Shown here: in pieces, positions 19,650 to 29,165 of the stretch | Layout: every line of letters begins with the position of its first letter | Numbering within the stretch: position 1 is the first letter of the stretch | Virus record (IMG/VR): IMGVR_UViG_3300044797_000318 | Coordinates: 64,001-128,000 of that record | Source: a virus | DNA: 64,000 nucleotides | Strand: one strand, 5' to 3' | Notes under the pieces: model-generated | Database searches by the model: none | What the model was told of the DNA's origin: nothing | What the model saw: only the letters and a program-made list of their open reading frames with translations | Made by a program: the position numbers and the translations under genes

Positions 19650-20456
19650 TTATGTATATGTATATTTACATACATAATCGTTATGACATATACTATATGC
19701 TTGACCAATAGTAATATTATACTTTTTAATAATTTCTGAATATGTCATTCCATTATTTCTGTCACTTTTAATTAGTGCCTGCCATTCTCGCTTACGAATT
19801 ATTTCCATAATTTTTACTATTTTTTCGCTAAAAGCAATATGTTTACGATTTAAATATAAATCTGAATTATCATATAAATAATGATAGAGCTTAATTAATC
19901 TTGGGCCATCACTTACGCAAATACTATATAATGTATTTTTACGATTATTTTCATTCTTCTTATGAGTATGCAATTCAATATTTATACCCACCTCTTCATT
20001 AAGAATTTGTTTTATCCTATTTAAAAAATCTCTTGATCCACTTACTATACCCCATTGATCTTTAATAAACCAACCATCTCCATCATAAACTCCCCTAATA
20101 AAATCTCTATTAAAATTGGCGTCAATATTTGGATATTTTAATATCAAACTTTTTCTAGACGGGCAACCTAAAAGACTTAATTGATCGCATAGTGATTTAG
20201 AACATATACGAAAAGTAGCATCTTCACCATATAAATATATATTATGATCTGCTGCCATTGATGTTTTAAATTTATCTAAAATTTCTCTATCTTTTGCACG
20301 TATTTTAATTTTAAACTGATATTTATCATGCGTCCCATCGGCACAAATAAATCCAAAATAATACGCCTTTTCTTTCGAATCTATTTTAGAAAAATAGTTT
20401 TTATCAAATTTTAAATTATTCGTATAAGGCATGATCTTATGGCACAATATTACCAA
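19650..20456 (-). CDS. LAGLIDADG homing endonuclease
   Basis: YYFGFICADG and FIRGVYDGDG. Confidence 0.88.
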   Translation of the reverse strand: MVILCHKIMPYTNNLKFDKNYFSKIDSKEKAYYFGFICADGTHDKYQFKIKIRAKDREILDKFKTSMAADHNIYLYGEDATFRICSKSLCDQLSLLGCPSRKSLILKYPNIDANFNRDFIRGVYDGDGWFIKDQWGIVSGSRDFLNRIKQILNEEVGINIELHTHKKNENNRKNTLYSICVSDGPRLIKLYHYLYDNSDLYLNRKHIAFSEKIVKIMEIIRKREWQALIKSDRNNGMTYSEIIKKYNITIGQAYSICHNDYVCKYTYT

Positions 20457-21157
20457 TTAGCAAAATTAGATTTAAAATAAACTTCTTTGGCTAGAACCTG
20501 CACTATTTCCTCGGTTTCCAATACAAATGCAGTTAATTTATTTCCAAATACGCAGCCCGTATCAATTCCTATACACATACTACCATCATCAAATCGATCT
20601 ATTCTGGGCTCATTCCATACTTGATGACCATATACGATACGGTCATATCCAAAAGGCCCAAACTCTGTCCAAAAGATAGCGCCCAAGGCTTCCTTGCCAA
20701 ACTTGTTGAGCTGTCTCAAAGAAATGAATTTGCGGTTAGCATCCGTATAACGAAGATACAAGAGATCATCATCTCGTTGTTTGGAAACGGGAATGCCTGG
20801 CTTCAACCCAGCGTGAACAATAATGGTTTTGTCCAACTCGATATAGCTGGGCATATTGGCAATGTAAGTGACATCCGCGTCCGATAACTGACCGTAATAA
20901 TCCTTACGATCATAGACGTCCACTCGGGTGCCTTGACTGCGATACCATTTGAGGATTTTTCGATCATGATTTCCGCAGGTAGATAACAGATTTAGTTCTC
21001 TTGCCCTTCTAATAACTCCAAGACTTTCGGGACCGCGATCTGACAAATCACCCACCAAAATAATCTTGACAAGAGGTGATTTGTAATCTACTAATGTCAG
21101 TAATTCATTGAATTCGTCCAAACAACCATGAATATCACCTATTATGACTGTTCTCAT
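20450..21157 (-). CDS. metallophosphoesterase (ApaH/PrpE/Ser-Thr phosphatase-like)
   Basis: IGDIHG, GDLSDRGP, GNHD, VHAG, YGH, IDTGCVFG. Confidence 0.9.
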   Translation of the reverse strand: MRTVIIGDIHGCLDEFNELLTLVDYKSPLVKIILVGDLSDRGPESLGVIRRARELNLLSTCGNHDRKILKWYRSQGTRVDVYDRKDYYGQLSDADVTYIANMPSYIELDKTIIVHAGLKPGIPVSKQRDDDLLYLRYTDANRKFISLRQLNKFGKEALGAIFWTEFGPFGYDRIVYGHQVWNEPRIDRFDDGSMCIGIDTGCVFGNKLTAFVLETEEIVQVLAKEVYFKSNFANW

Positions 21158-22011
21158 ATAAAATACCTAATATCATATAACTTTTCTTGGGAATCAATAC
21201 CTCTTTTTAGAAGATATTTTAGACGATTATAAACAGTTTGTTTACTTCTATTTGTAAGAGTAGGAATAACTGATATTTTAGGAGTTTTAAATGTTTTAAG
21301 TGCTTTTTTCTCTCTAAAAAACAATAATATTTGAGAATCTTCTTCTCTGGTAAATTGGAGGTGCTTTTGTTCAGCTAAAAAACTGGAACTGATTATTAGC
21401 GTAGCTTCTTTCATTTTTCTATCTAATGATAAGCATTCTGGATAATATAAAATATTTGCCATATGAACCGCATAACATCCAGCAATCGTTATGTTGAATT
21501 GCTCATCTCTTTTATTTCTATTACTATGATTTTTCGAATAAGATTGAAGAAACAAAAAATTTTCAAACACTCTGGCAATATATTCGCTACTTGTCGCTAT
21601 ACTAATAAATGGTTCTGGCTTATGTTTACCCTCTCTAAAACCTATGCTACCGTCCCCATCTATAAAACCGCGCCAATAATCTATTTCTAAATATATAACA
21701 TCTGAGGGTGGACGAACTGTTTCTGATTTTTTGCCGAATGGAATAAAATCAATTATATTAACAATGGAAGATTTATGAATTGCTAACGAACAGGAAGCGT
21801 AATCATCCTTAAAGTTGGTATCCCTAGTTCTTGTACGGACATTATTTATAACTGAAAATTCTATTCTGATCTTATCAAGAATATCCCTATCTTTAATAGA
21901 TAACTCTATTTGAATTCCATTTGGATGTGTTAGTGATCTATGCCCATCTGATTGTAAAAATCCCAACAAATACGATTGGTTTTTATCAATAAAAGCCGTT
22001 CTTTCAATCAT
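21154..22011 (-). CDS. LAGLIDADG homing endonuclease
   Basis: YLLGFLQSDG and YWRGFIDGDGS. Confidence 0.88.
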   Translation of the reverse strand: MIERTAFIDKNQSYLLGFLQSDGHRSLTHPNGIQIELSIKDRDILDKIRIEFSVINNVRTRTRDTNFKDDYASCSLAIHKSSIVNIIDFIPFGKKSETVRPPSDVIYLEIDYWRGFIDGDGSIGFREGKHKPEPFISIATSSEYIARVFENFLFLQSYSKNHSNRNKRDEQFNITIAGCYAVHMANILYYPECLSLDRKMKEATLIISSSFLAEQKHLQFTREEDSQILLFFREKKALKTFKTPKISVIPTLTNRSKQTVYNRLKYLLKRGIDSQEKLYDIRYFI

Positions 22012-22030
22012 TAATTACACCATACCAATT

Positions 22031-22246
22031 TCATTTTGGATCGTCCCAAACAATCTTTGTTGCTCCTTCATGTCCATGAATGAATAGCAAGTCATCGATT
22101 GATCGGTAGATATTAATACTGGGGTGATCGCTTTCCCAATGTAAGGCAATTTGTCCGTCATCAAACAAAACCCCCGTTGCCACAACTCCACAACCACTTA
22201 CGCCAGATACGTCCATATTTCTTTCGAAATGAAAACGCTTTAACAT
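22031..22246 (-). CDS. hypothetical phage protein
   Basis: DVSGVSGCGVVATGVLFDDG...HGH; AGGA RBS. Confidence 0.65.
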   Translation of the reverse strand: MLKRFHFERNMDVSGVSGCGVVATGVLFDDGQIALHWESDHPSINIYRSIDDLLFIHGHEGATKIVWDDPK

Positions 22247-22330
22247 ACAATTCCTTTTGTTCAGTTTATCTTCCTAACTTCACGCTCATATGTCTTGTTA
22301 TTACCACTATAAGGCGTGTTGTGAAAATCG

Positions 22331-22987
22331 TCAAGCATCCGTTTTAAGTTTATTTTTAATAATTTTATTATGTGTCCAATGTTGATTTGTGTTAACGTGA
22401 TTTTTTCTCACATTTTTTAATACACAATATTGAAACTCATCATCATTAAAACCACTCGCTACGCGAGCCACGACACCCTCTCTTATACCGCCGCATGCTG
22501 ATTGTTGCCCCATAAATGATTGTATAAGTTGTTGTAACTCATTTTTGGACTTTACCACGCCCTCCCATAAAACGGGCACCGTAGGGACGCCTATCTCCTC
22601 GGCCCACATTTTTACTTCTTCCCAACTCAACCACTGATTACCAGTTCGAACCCCAAATAACAAAAAATAACCCGGTAATTCGGAATATTCAATAGAATGC
22701 TTTGCATAACAATTCTCACCAAACAACTGATAGTCCATAGGTATTTTATGCTTGATAGTGGCATGCAAAACTTTGATAAGATCAAAAGACGCATGCGTAG
22801 GTATGGACACGTGTGTGCGCGCATATACTCCGTTAGTTTCTAGGCTACAATTTCCTCCATCGAGTTTCTCGCTGCAAATGATAGGTACGCCAATTAACTT
22901 CTCTACAGACGTAGCTATCTTATCATCCGAAGAGGCTCCGGGCGAAAACGGAAAATGGAAGGTGCGATTATATTTAGGGGTGTCCAT
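22331..22987 (-). CDS. RNA ligase family protein (Rnl2-like)
   Basis: KYNRTFHFPFSPG, EKLDGGN, FGEN, REGVV. Confidence 0.85.
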   Translation of the reverse strand: MDTPKYNRTFHFPFSPGASSDDKIATSVEKLIGVPIICSEKLDGGNCSLETNGVYARTHVSIPTHASFDLIKVLHATIKHKIPMDYQLFGENCYAKHSIEYSELPGYFLLFGVRTGNQWLSWEEVKMWAEEIGVPTVPVLWEGVVKSKNELQQLIQSFMGQQSACGGIREGVVARVASGFNDDEFQYCVLKNVRKNHVNTNQHWTHNKIIKNKLKTDA

Positions 22988-23567
22988 GGAACTTGCTCGA
23001 ATTGCAATGATATAACTTACAAAAATAAAGAAGATCAATATCGGTAATGTGGGCGGAACCTAACTCCACCGAAGGAGACATCAGAGTAAAGAAACCATCG
23101 TCTCCTGTCAGGTGCTCCAATCCCAAAGCGTGCCCTATTTCGTGCATCACCACTTCGGTAGTCTCATCATTGGATAAACGCGACTTGACCACACCGATAT
23201 AAGGGATGCCCCGCTTACCTTGAAAGAAGGCTAAGGTGTTGTAATGATTAGTATTATCTAGCATAATAACTTCTGGATAATCAGGAGTGACATTGAGAAT
23301 GATGACAGCATCCGAGGGCATAACATCGGGTTGCGGCATCATTTTGATATCAAGTACTACTTGCCCGTTGGTGACTTCATTCCATTCCAAAGCTGCCGCC
23401 ATAATATGCGACATTTCTTCATTGTCTATGCCTCGACCCAGATACAAAGTTTTATGCACTGGTAGAGTATAATACATTTCTGGTGGCCGTATAATTGGCA
23501 TAACTATTCTAGCAAAACCAATCAAAAAGATAATGGTAAATGCAAGAGGCCACAGAAATAATCGCAT
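22974..23567 (-). CDS. membrane-anchored matrixin-like zinc metalloprotease
   Basis: N-terminal TM; HEIGHALGLEH and Met-turn. Confidence 0.85.
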   Translation of the reverse strand: MRLFLWPLAFTIIFLIGFARIVMPIIRPPEMYYTLPVHKTLYLGRGIDNEEMSHIMAAALEWNEVTNGQVVLDIKMMPQPDVMPSDAVIILNVTPDYPEVIMLDNTNHYNTLAFFQGKRGIPYIGVVKSRLSNDETTEVVMHEIGHALGLEHLTGDDGFFTLMSPSVELGSAHITDIDLLYFCKLYHCNSSKFHGHP

Positions 23568-23575
23568 CTTATTCC

Positions 23576-23965
23576 TTAATTAACTAATCTATTAGCGAGG
23601 GCAATTTTGACAAGTTGGTCAAATTTATCAGGGTGAGCCAAAGCTTCTGCCGCATATTTCCTAACATCAGGACAGTATTGCTTGAAAGAACCGCCATGAC
23701 CCAGATGTAAATGACACTCTTTGGTATCCATACACAAAGTAATAAGATTATTAGGAGCTAATTCTAATTCAGGAGTGAGGTGGAAGGGCCGCACGTGATG
23801 AACATTAAGTCTGTTTTTACTACCACAAGCGGCACAGCTAGGATGAGCTTCCCGAAAATGTTTTTCTACTGTGGGCCATTTAGAAGAACGTTTGGCACCA
23901 ATTCCAACATCTCGGAGGGCGTGCCTGGCTAAATTATATCCGTGTTGAATGGTCTTTATGATCAT
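23576..23965 (-). CDS. HNH endonuclease
   Basis: CAAC..NVHH..NNLITLC..CH. Confidence 0.8.
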   Translation of the reverse strand: MIIKTIQHGYNLARHALRDVGIGAKRSSKWPTVEKHFREAHPSCAACGSKNRLNVHHVRPFHLTPELELAPNNLITLCMDTKECHLHLGHGGSFKQYCPDVRKYAAEALAHPDKFDQLVKIALANRLVN

Positions 23966-23979
23966 TCAATAATGCATAA

Positions 23980-24675
23980 TTATACCATTAGTAAGAACTT
24001 CTTCATAGTAGACTTACGCACATATTTGGCAAACTTTTTTATCTCTTCACTATTATCACTATCTAATACAGATTGTTCAATCTTATCAACATTAGCAAGT
24101 TTAATTTTCTCAGCAAATAATCTCATATAAGTAAATGATTTAGATTGAATGATTAGATTTTCTATTTGTTCTATTTCAGATTTAGAAGTAAGATGTTTGG
24201 CTAACTCAAAAAGATAACGCGGCTTTCCCGAGGCAATAATAATATCCTTAAACTTACTAATGTTAGTTCCCTTAACGTGTTTGACATACATATGAATGTA
24301 TTTAACATTTTTAGATTTACTAATGAAATCTTCTAATGGTTTTTGGTCAGCTTTGGAAACGAAACAGGCAAACCGGGTAATGTATTTGATTTTTTTAGAA
24401 CCTAATACAATACCCTGCAATGCTTTAATATCAGCACCAGCGATATTCTGTGCGAAGAGATAAGCATACTTGGCATCTTTCTTATCAAGAATAACCTTCT
24501 GCATCAAATATGTTTTATATTGGAAATCAATAGCAAAGAAATAAGCAAAGGCTGCATCCGCCTTTTTGATTATTTCCTCTTGTAAACTTTCCATCTCTGA
24601 AACAAAAGATATTTCACTACGCCCTAGCCATCTGACTAAGTCAGCAGAAATATCACTATTGGAATACAATACCAT
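23980..24675 (-). CDS. helical repeat hypothetical protein
   Basis: ~25-aa repeats such as KYAYLFAQNIAGADIKALQ and TYMRLFAEKIKLANVDKIE. Confidence 0.65.
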   Translation of the reverse strand: MVLYSNSDISADLVRWLGRSEISFVSEMESLQEEIIKKADAAFAYFFAIDFQYKTYLMQKVILDKKDAKYAYLFAQNIAGADIKALQGIVLGSKKIKYITRFACFVSKADQKPLEDFISKSKNVKYIHMYVKHVKGTNISKFKDIIIASGKPRYLFELAKHLTSKSEIEQIENLIIQSKSFTYMRLFAEKIKLANVDKIEQSVLDSDNSEEIKKFAKYVRKSTMKKFLLMV

Positions 24676-24697
24676 ACCTAAGTATATATCGTATACA

Positions 24698-25951
24698 CTA
24701 GTAATAAAACTTGGCTATCTCCAATATTTTATCAAGAAAGGAATTGCCCCAAGTACCATCTTTACGGTTCTTTTGGATGAAATCCTTCATGTCGACAGAT
24801 TTACCATCGAACATATTGAAAAATGGAGCTGTCCATAGCTTACCATTTCGCAATTTAGCGACACCTTGAACCGCGATGGCAAAGATCTTCTTGTCGCCAG
24901 CCTTGATGATTTGACATTCATTATAAATTGTTCGGAAAGCTAGATCATGATCTTGAATAGCTTTCACTAGTCCCACCTTGATCTTTTGCAGGTTCTTGAC
25001 GATTTCCTCTGGTAGCATCGGGATAACATCGTCATCCTTCTCTGCCAAAATAATTTCAACAATATTGCGTTCCGAAGAAGCCAAAGCATCACGCACCTTA
25101 TTGTAAGCTACATAAGATGGGTTTTTGAGTTTGATACGATTGAACTTAGCATCTCGAACCACTACACCTTCGTGTTCCATTGGATTGAGCGAAGAAACCC
25201 ATTCTACTAAGGCTGGAATGGTGGTGTAGCTATGTGCTTGCACTTTGGGTATTCTGCCGTCCAAAGGAAGTCCCTCGAGCTCTGACTCGCTGAGAGTAAG
25301 CAAATTACGAGCAGATAATAGGGTTATACCATTATTTGGATAATAGACCACAATACGGTTGTAAGGAGTAGTTAGCTCAAAGCAATAAGTAAAATACTTA
25401 TCCAAACCAGCAGTTAGTTCATCGAAGGTCATCCCGGTCGTTTCTTGGGCGGCCTTCTCGAATAAAGTTCGGAAGGTAAATAGATTATTATCCATAATCA
25501 GATCAGCCTCTGGCACAGATCGGGTTGCCACGCACCACTGTTCAGTAAATGGATCAAAATAGACAATGCATAGAGTGCCGTCCAACTTTTCTAACACTTT
25601 GAGCTGAGGATCGCTCCAATTGATTTCAGCAGCTGATCCCTGACCGTGATTGAAAAACCTCTTCATTGGGTAAGCTAAGATGCGGGTTTTGCCTGGGGAC
25701 AAATGATCATAGGAAGCTTTCTTACCAGGAACAGTAATGGACTGCGATGCCAATGAAGTTCCGTTCTCGCAAGCCAAGACTAGACCACGGCATTCTTGTG
25801 CCAAAGGATCGTGTTCCTTAGCTTCAATCTGATCATAATTGAGAGAGAACTTATGACCTGACTTGGAGAAGGATACATAGACCCCGTGATCGCGGGCCAA
25901 ATCACCAAAGGTGTGGTTGGTCAAATAGTCTTGCACTAATAGCATAATCAA
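24698..25951 (-). CDS. T4 Rnl1-like RNA ligase
   Basis: ECRG, KRFFN, EKLDGT, FELTTPYNRIVV, EGVVV, IKLK. Confidence 0.88.
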   Translation of the reverse strand: MIMLLVQDYLTNHTFGDLARDHGVYVSFSKSGHKFSLNYDQIEAKEHDPLAQECRGLVLACENGTSLASQSITVPGKKASYDHLSPGKTRILAYPMKRFFNHGQGSAAEINWSDPQLKVLEKLDGTLCIVYFDPFTEQWCVATRSVPEADLIMDNNLFTFRTLFEKAAQETTGMTFDELTAGLDKYFTYCFELTTPYNRIVVYYPNNGITLLSARNLLTLSESELEGLPLDGRIPKVQAHSYTTIPALVEWVSSLNPMEHEGVVVRDAKFNRIKLKNPSYVAYNKVRDALASSERNIVEIILAEKDDDVIPMLPEEIVKNLQKIKVGLVKAIQDHDLAFRTIYNECQIIKAGDKKIFAIAVQGVAKLRNGKLWTAPFFNMFDGKSVDMKDFIQKNRKDGTWGNSFLDKILEIAKFYY

Positions 25952-25954
25952 ACC

Positions 25955-26386
25955 TTACTTCTTGTAATATATTTTTGGAATACTAAAACTCACTTGCTGG
26001 CGGAGAAAGTCCTCCGCATTTTTACGTCCTTCCTCCATAGCTGCCTCCAATTCTTCTTTTGAGATAGGTTTGACCCTATCTAACTCTTCTGGCGTGCAGG
26101 CCTCAAACTCCCAATGCTCACCATATTTATTTTTCATATAGGCCTCGAACTCTTCATCCGTCAAAGACGATAAATAGCTGGCCGATTGTTTTTTATCTAA
26201 TGCTATTTCTGAGATCAAATCTCCCACCAGTTGGCTAAGATGACTTTTCAATATCAGCAACTGATTGTGTGTCAAGGCTCGCACTTCGGGAGATGCTATT
26301 TTTTCCGACAAAGTATAATGTAATTGCTCAAATACTTTTTTGCCATAAAGAGAGAGGGTGCCGTCTTCCTTGAAGATTTTATACAT
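25955..26386 (-). CDS. hypothetical protein
   Basis: ORF in operon. Confidence 0.55.
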   Translation of the reverse strand: MYKIFKEDGTLSLYGKKVFEQLHYTLSEKIASPEVRALTHNQLLILKSHLSQLVGDLISEIALDKKQSASYLSSLTDEEFEAYMKNKYGEHWEFEACTPEELDRVKPISKEELEAAMEEGRKNAEDFLRQQVSFSIPKIYYKK

Positions 26387-26387
26387 G

Positions 26388-26630
26388 CTAATCCTTTGTA
26401 ATAAGTAGACATAGAGCACATATAACGAGTGGTATGATGGTCGCCCAACTGATGGTAGTGTTGGTTCCCAGCGTCATAGCAATATGTCTGGTGTCTGGGA
26501 CATTTTCCCATAACCACCAATGTGATAAGAAGGCAAAACCACAGAAGATAACGGCTCGAATCATCCACCCAAAAAACATATGGACAAAGACAATAGCGCA
26601 TAACAAAATGATAGCTAAGGTAATGGTCAT
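26388..26630 (-). CDS. small membrane protein
   Basis: 2-3 hydrophobic segments. Confidence 0.6.
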   Translation of the reverse strand: MTITLAIILLCAIVFVHMFFGWMIRAVIFCGFAFLSHWWLWENVPDTRHIAMTLGTNTTISWATIIPLVICALCLLITKD

Positions 26631-26809
26631 AATAATTCCTCCGCCTCATTTTGTTTGAGTTGTCCTGAGATTTCATTCAACCCAGCTTCAAGGCATAGGT
26701 TGATTATTTCTGATAAGGAAACCATATCCCCATCTATTTTGATTAGAGGTTGCACTTCTTCCAATTGCGAAAGAAGTTGTTCATCTAATGATATTTGATA
26801 TTGTTTCAT
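26627..26809 (-). CDS. small putative DNA-binding (ribbon-helix-helix-like) protein
   Basis: QYQISLDEQLL...SLSEIINLCL; first gene after a strong promoter. Confidence 0.4.
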   Translation of the reverse strand: MKQYQISLDEQLLSQLEEVQPLIKIDGDMVSLSEIINLCLEAGLNEISGQLKQNEAEELL

Positions 26810-26832
26810 AGGGTGCCTATCCAGATACCTCT

Positions 26833-26860
26833 ATTATAATTTTTACAAATAGCCTGTCAA
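26833..26860 (-). promoter_or_regulatory. sigma70-like promoter
   Basis: TTGACA-16 nt-TATAAT. Confidence 0.7.
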
Positions 26861-26864
26861 GGGT

Positions 26865-27113
26865 TTATCCTGAAAAATTAGGTGGCAGGATAAAATCAAT
26901 GATAGCCACGCTATCCAAGGCACGCAAGCTATCGTAGGCTTCTTGCTGACGGTCGTCAGGAAACTCTACAATTATTTGGGCCTTGGGCTCGAGGGTAGCG
27001 AGGATGACGATGAACGGCAATTTCTTGATTTCTCCTTGGAAGGCCGCGATAGCCTTAGCTCGGGAGGCAGGAGAATAATCGTAGTTGAGTTGAAGAAAAA
27101 TCGTTCTTCTCAT
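26865..27113 (-). CDS. hypothetical protein
   Basis: ORF overlapping neighbour. Confidence 0.55.
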   Translation of the reverse strand: MRRTIFLQLNYDYSPASRAKAIAAFQGEIKKLPFIVILATLEPKAQIIVEFPDDRQQEAYDSLRALDSVAIIDFILPPNFSG

Positions 27114-27352
27114 TTAGTTTTCTTGATCTGCAAGTGGTGCCCCAACTGACGCAATGTCTTAGCTGTCGTATCAGAGGCTTTGACCACCACTCGATCAATG
27201 AGATTGAGCTCTTCCACGATGACTAACTCTTGCCCAACCAGTTTTCTGATGGGTAGAAAAAGATATTCCTCTACTAATTGGGCATGCTGTTCTGCGGTCA
27301 GGGGTGGACAGAAGTCCGTCTCAAAACCTAATTGAATGACATAAGTTTTCAT
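27110..27352 (-). CDS. hypothetical protein
   Basis: ORF with AGGA RBS. Confidence 0.5.
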   Translation of the reverse strand: MKTYVIQLGFETDFCPPLTAEQHAQLVEEYLFLPIRKLVGQELVIVEELNLIDRVVVKASDTTAKTLRQLGHHLQIKKTK

Positions 27353-27363
27353 ATTAGTTCCTA

Positions 27364-28329
27364 TCAAAAGTTTCCAGGAGCAACTTGAAAACAAGTTAAC
27401 CCTTTGGAACGCCAATACTCAACCACCTGATCGCGATCGTCCAAAACGCAGAGTACGTTGTACTTACCTTCGATATGCTCTTGATAAATCTCTTCCTTGA
27501 TAATGGCATCCTTACGAAAGTCATCCGTCTTGCGCATATACAACTGATACTGAATAGGATAAATAGTACCACTATTGGCGACCATACAATACTTCTCAAT
27601 AAACCTAATGGTCTCTGGTCGATACTTATCTTCACGGCCAGAACAAAAAATGATCTGACGACCAGCATTATAGTGAGCTTTGATGGTCTCAATAACTGGA
27701 GCATTCGGCAAATCTTTCAGATCGCAATCGGTAGCATCGTAAGGGCTACGATTGTGGATCAAAGCTAAGGTGCCGTCTAAATCGCACAAGACTGCTTCGG
27801 GAGCTCCCGGAATTTCTTCTGGGCCATCAATAGTATTATTGACGTTGCCCTTTTGCTCTTGAAAGATTTCCACACGCGGCTTATAGAATTTGTGCTGGGT
27901 TTTGCCAGACTCTTTCCACCACTTCTTGATGACATCATCCGGCACTCGGGCCGCACCTTCTCGCTTAGAGTTGCGTTCCAAAGCTTCTTCCAATTCCACA
28001 TAGAAAGACTTTTCCATTACTTGAATGTCAGCATTGATAGACTTAGCAATCTTGCAGACATCATCGAAGTGGCGTCGGTTCAAGTTCAAGTTGTCTATAA
28101 CAATATTCTTGCCTCTTTTTAGGCTATCTCGGATCAAATAATTACGAACGTCCGTAATGATCTTCTCGTAGTCTTGCGACCAAACGGAACCATTCATCAT
28201 AGCTCGCAAATCATCATTGTTGATGCGAACCCAACTGTTCGGATCTTTGGCGACTAATTGTTTGGCATAAGTTGATTTGCCGCTGGCCGGTAAGCCAACT
28301 AATATTTCTACTCTAATCATTTGTTTCAC
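27364..28329 (-). CDS. pseT: polynucleotide 5'-kinase/3'-phosphatase (T4 PseT-like)
   Basis: GLPASGKST P-loop; DLDGTLA HAD motif; SGR; DDRDQVV..WR. Confidence 0.92.
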   Translation of the reverse strand: MKQMIRVEILVGLPASGKSTYAKQLVAKDPNSWVRINNDDLRAMMNGSVWSQDYEKIITDVRNYLIRDSLKRGKNIVIDNLNLNRRHFDDVCKIAKSINADIQVMEKSFYVELEEALERNSKREGAARVPDDVIKKWWKESGKTQHKFYKPRVEIFQEQKGNVNNTIDGPEEIPGAPEAVLCDLDGTLALIHNRSPYDATDCDLKDLPNAPVIETIKAHYNAGRQIIFCSGREDKYRPETIRFIEKYCMVANSGTIYPIQYQLYMRKTDDFRKDAIIKEEIYQEHIEGKYNVLCVLDDRDQVVEYWRSKGLTCFQVAPGNF

Positions 28330-28335
28330 CTATTA

Positions 28336-28665
28336 CTAAAGGAACGCTTTATTGTTAATGGCCTTTTCCACTTCATCCAAAGTCTCAAATCGATGTCCAT
28401 CTAAAAGAAAACCATTCTCATCATAACTCAAAGTTTTTTGGAACTGGGTCAACAAAAACTCATACCTCTTACGCAAAACAAGATAATCAAAATCTTGATC
28501 AATCGCCTCTCTAAAATATGAGATATCCATATAATACCAAATATCATTGCTGATATTTGTATACAATGCATAGAACGCAGAACCAATTTTAGATAGACTT
28601 CTATTCTGTGCGTAATGGTCTAAAACTTTATATTCTTCTTTGGGAAGAAGGGCTATCTTTTTCAT
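28336..28665 (-). CDS. hypothetical protein with KAFL C-terminus
   Basis: ORF in operon. Confidence 0.55.
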   Translation of the reverse strand: MKKIALLPKEEYKVLDHYAQNRSLSKIGSAFYALYTNISNDIWYYMDISYFREAIDQDFDYLVLRKRYEFLLTQFQKTLSYDENGFLLDGHRFETLDEVEKAINNKAFL

Positions 28666-28938
28666 TTAGTGAGGCCTTTTACCTTGTAAAAACTCTTCAT
28701 AAGTAATAGCGGTGCCTGTCGGCCCAATACCAGTGGCTATAAAACTACCATTAGACAATCTTACCGTGTCTATTCCAAAACGCTTTTTGAGCCCGGTAAA
28801 AGGGACATACTCAATTTCACGATGACCATTGCCCTTACAATTGAGACAGACAACACCCACTCCCTTAGGTTCCGCAAAACCACAGTAGATACCGGTGCCA
28901 CCACAAGAAGAACATTCTGCTTTGACTACACTTTTCAT
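28666..28938 (-). CDS. DnaJ-type Zn-finger small protein
   Basis: CSSCGGTG and CLNCKGNG. Confidence 0.6.
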   Translation of the reverse strand: MKSVVKAECSSCGGTGIYCGFAEPKGVGVVCLNCKGNGHREIEYVPFTGLKKRFGIDTVRLSNGSFIATGIGPTGTAITYEEFLQGKRPH

Positions 28939-29162
28939 TGAAATTTGACCTTGTCTTTAACTGAGAAATCAAAAATACGAGCTATATGAGCTTTAAATTC
29001 GTCGTATGACATATTACCCTTCATCCTATTACAGAGCCAACAACACGGAACCACATTATTTTTGTTGTGCGGAAAATTGTTATTTACCCTATCAAGTCCA
29101 TTATAAGTAAAATAACCATCTCTTATTCTCTCCTCTTTATAGAATTCAAAATTGACGACAAA
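28935..29162 (-). pseudogene. HNH endonuclease C-terminal remnant
   Basis: Start-less frame YNGLDRVNNNFPHNKNNVVPCCWLCNRMKG. Confidence 0.65.
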
Positions 29163-29165
29163 TTA

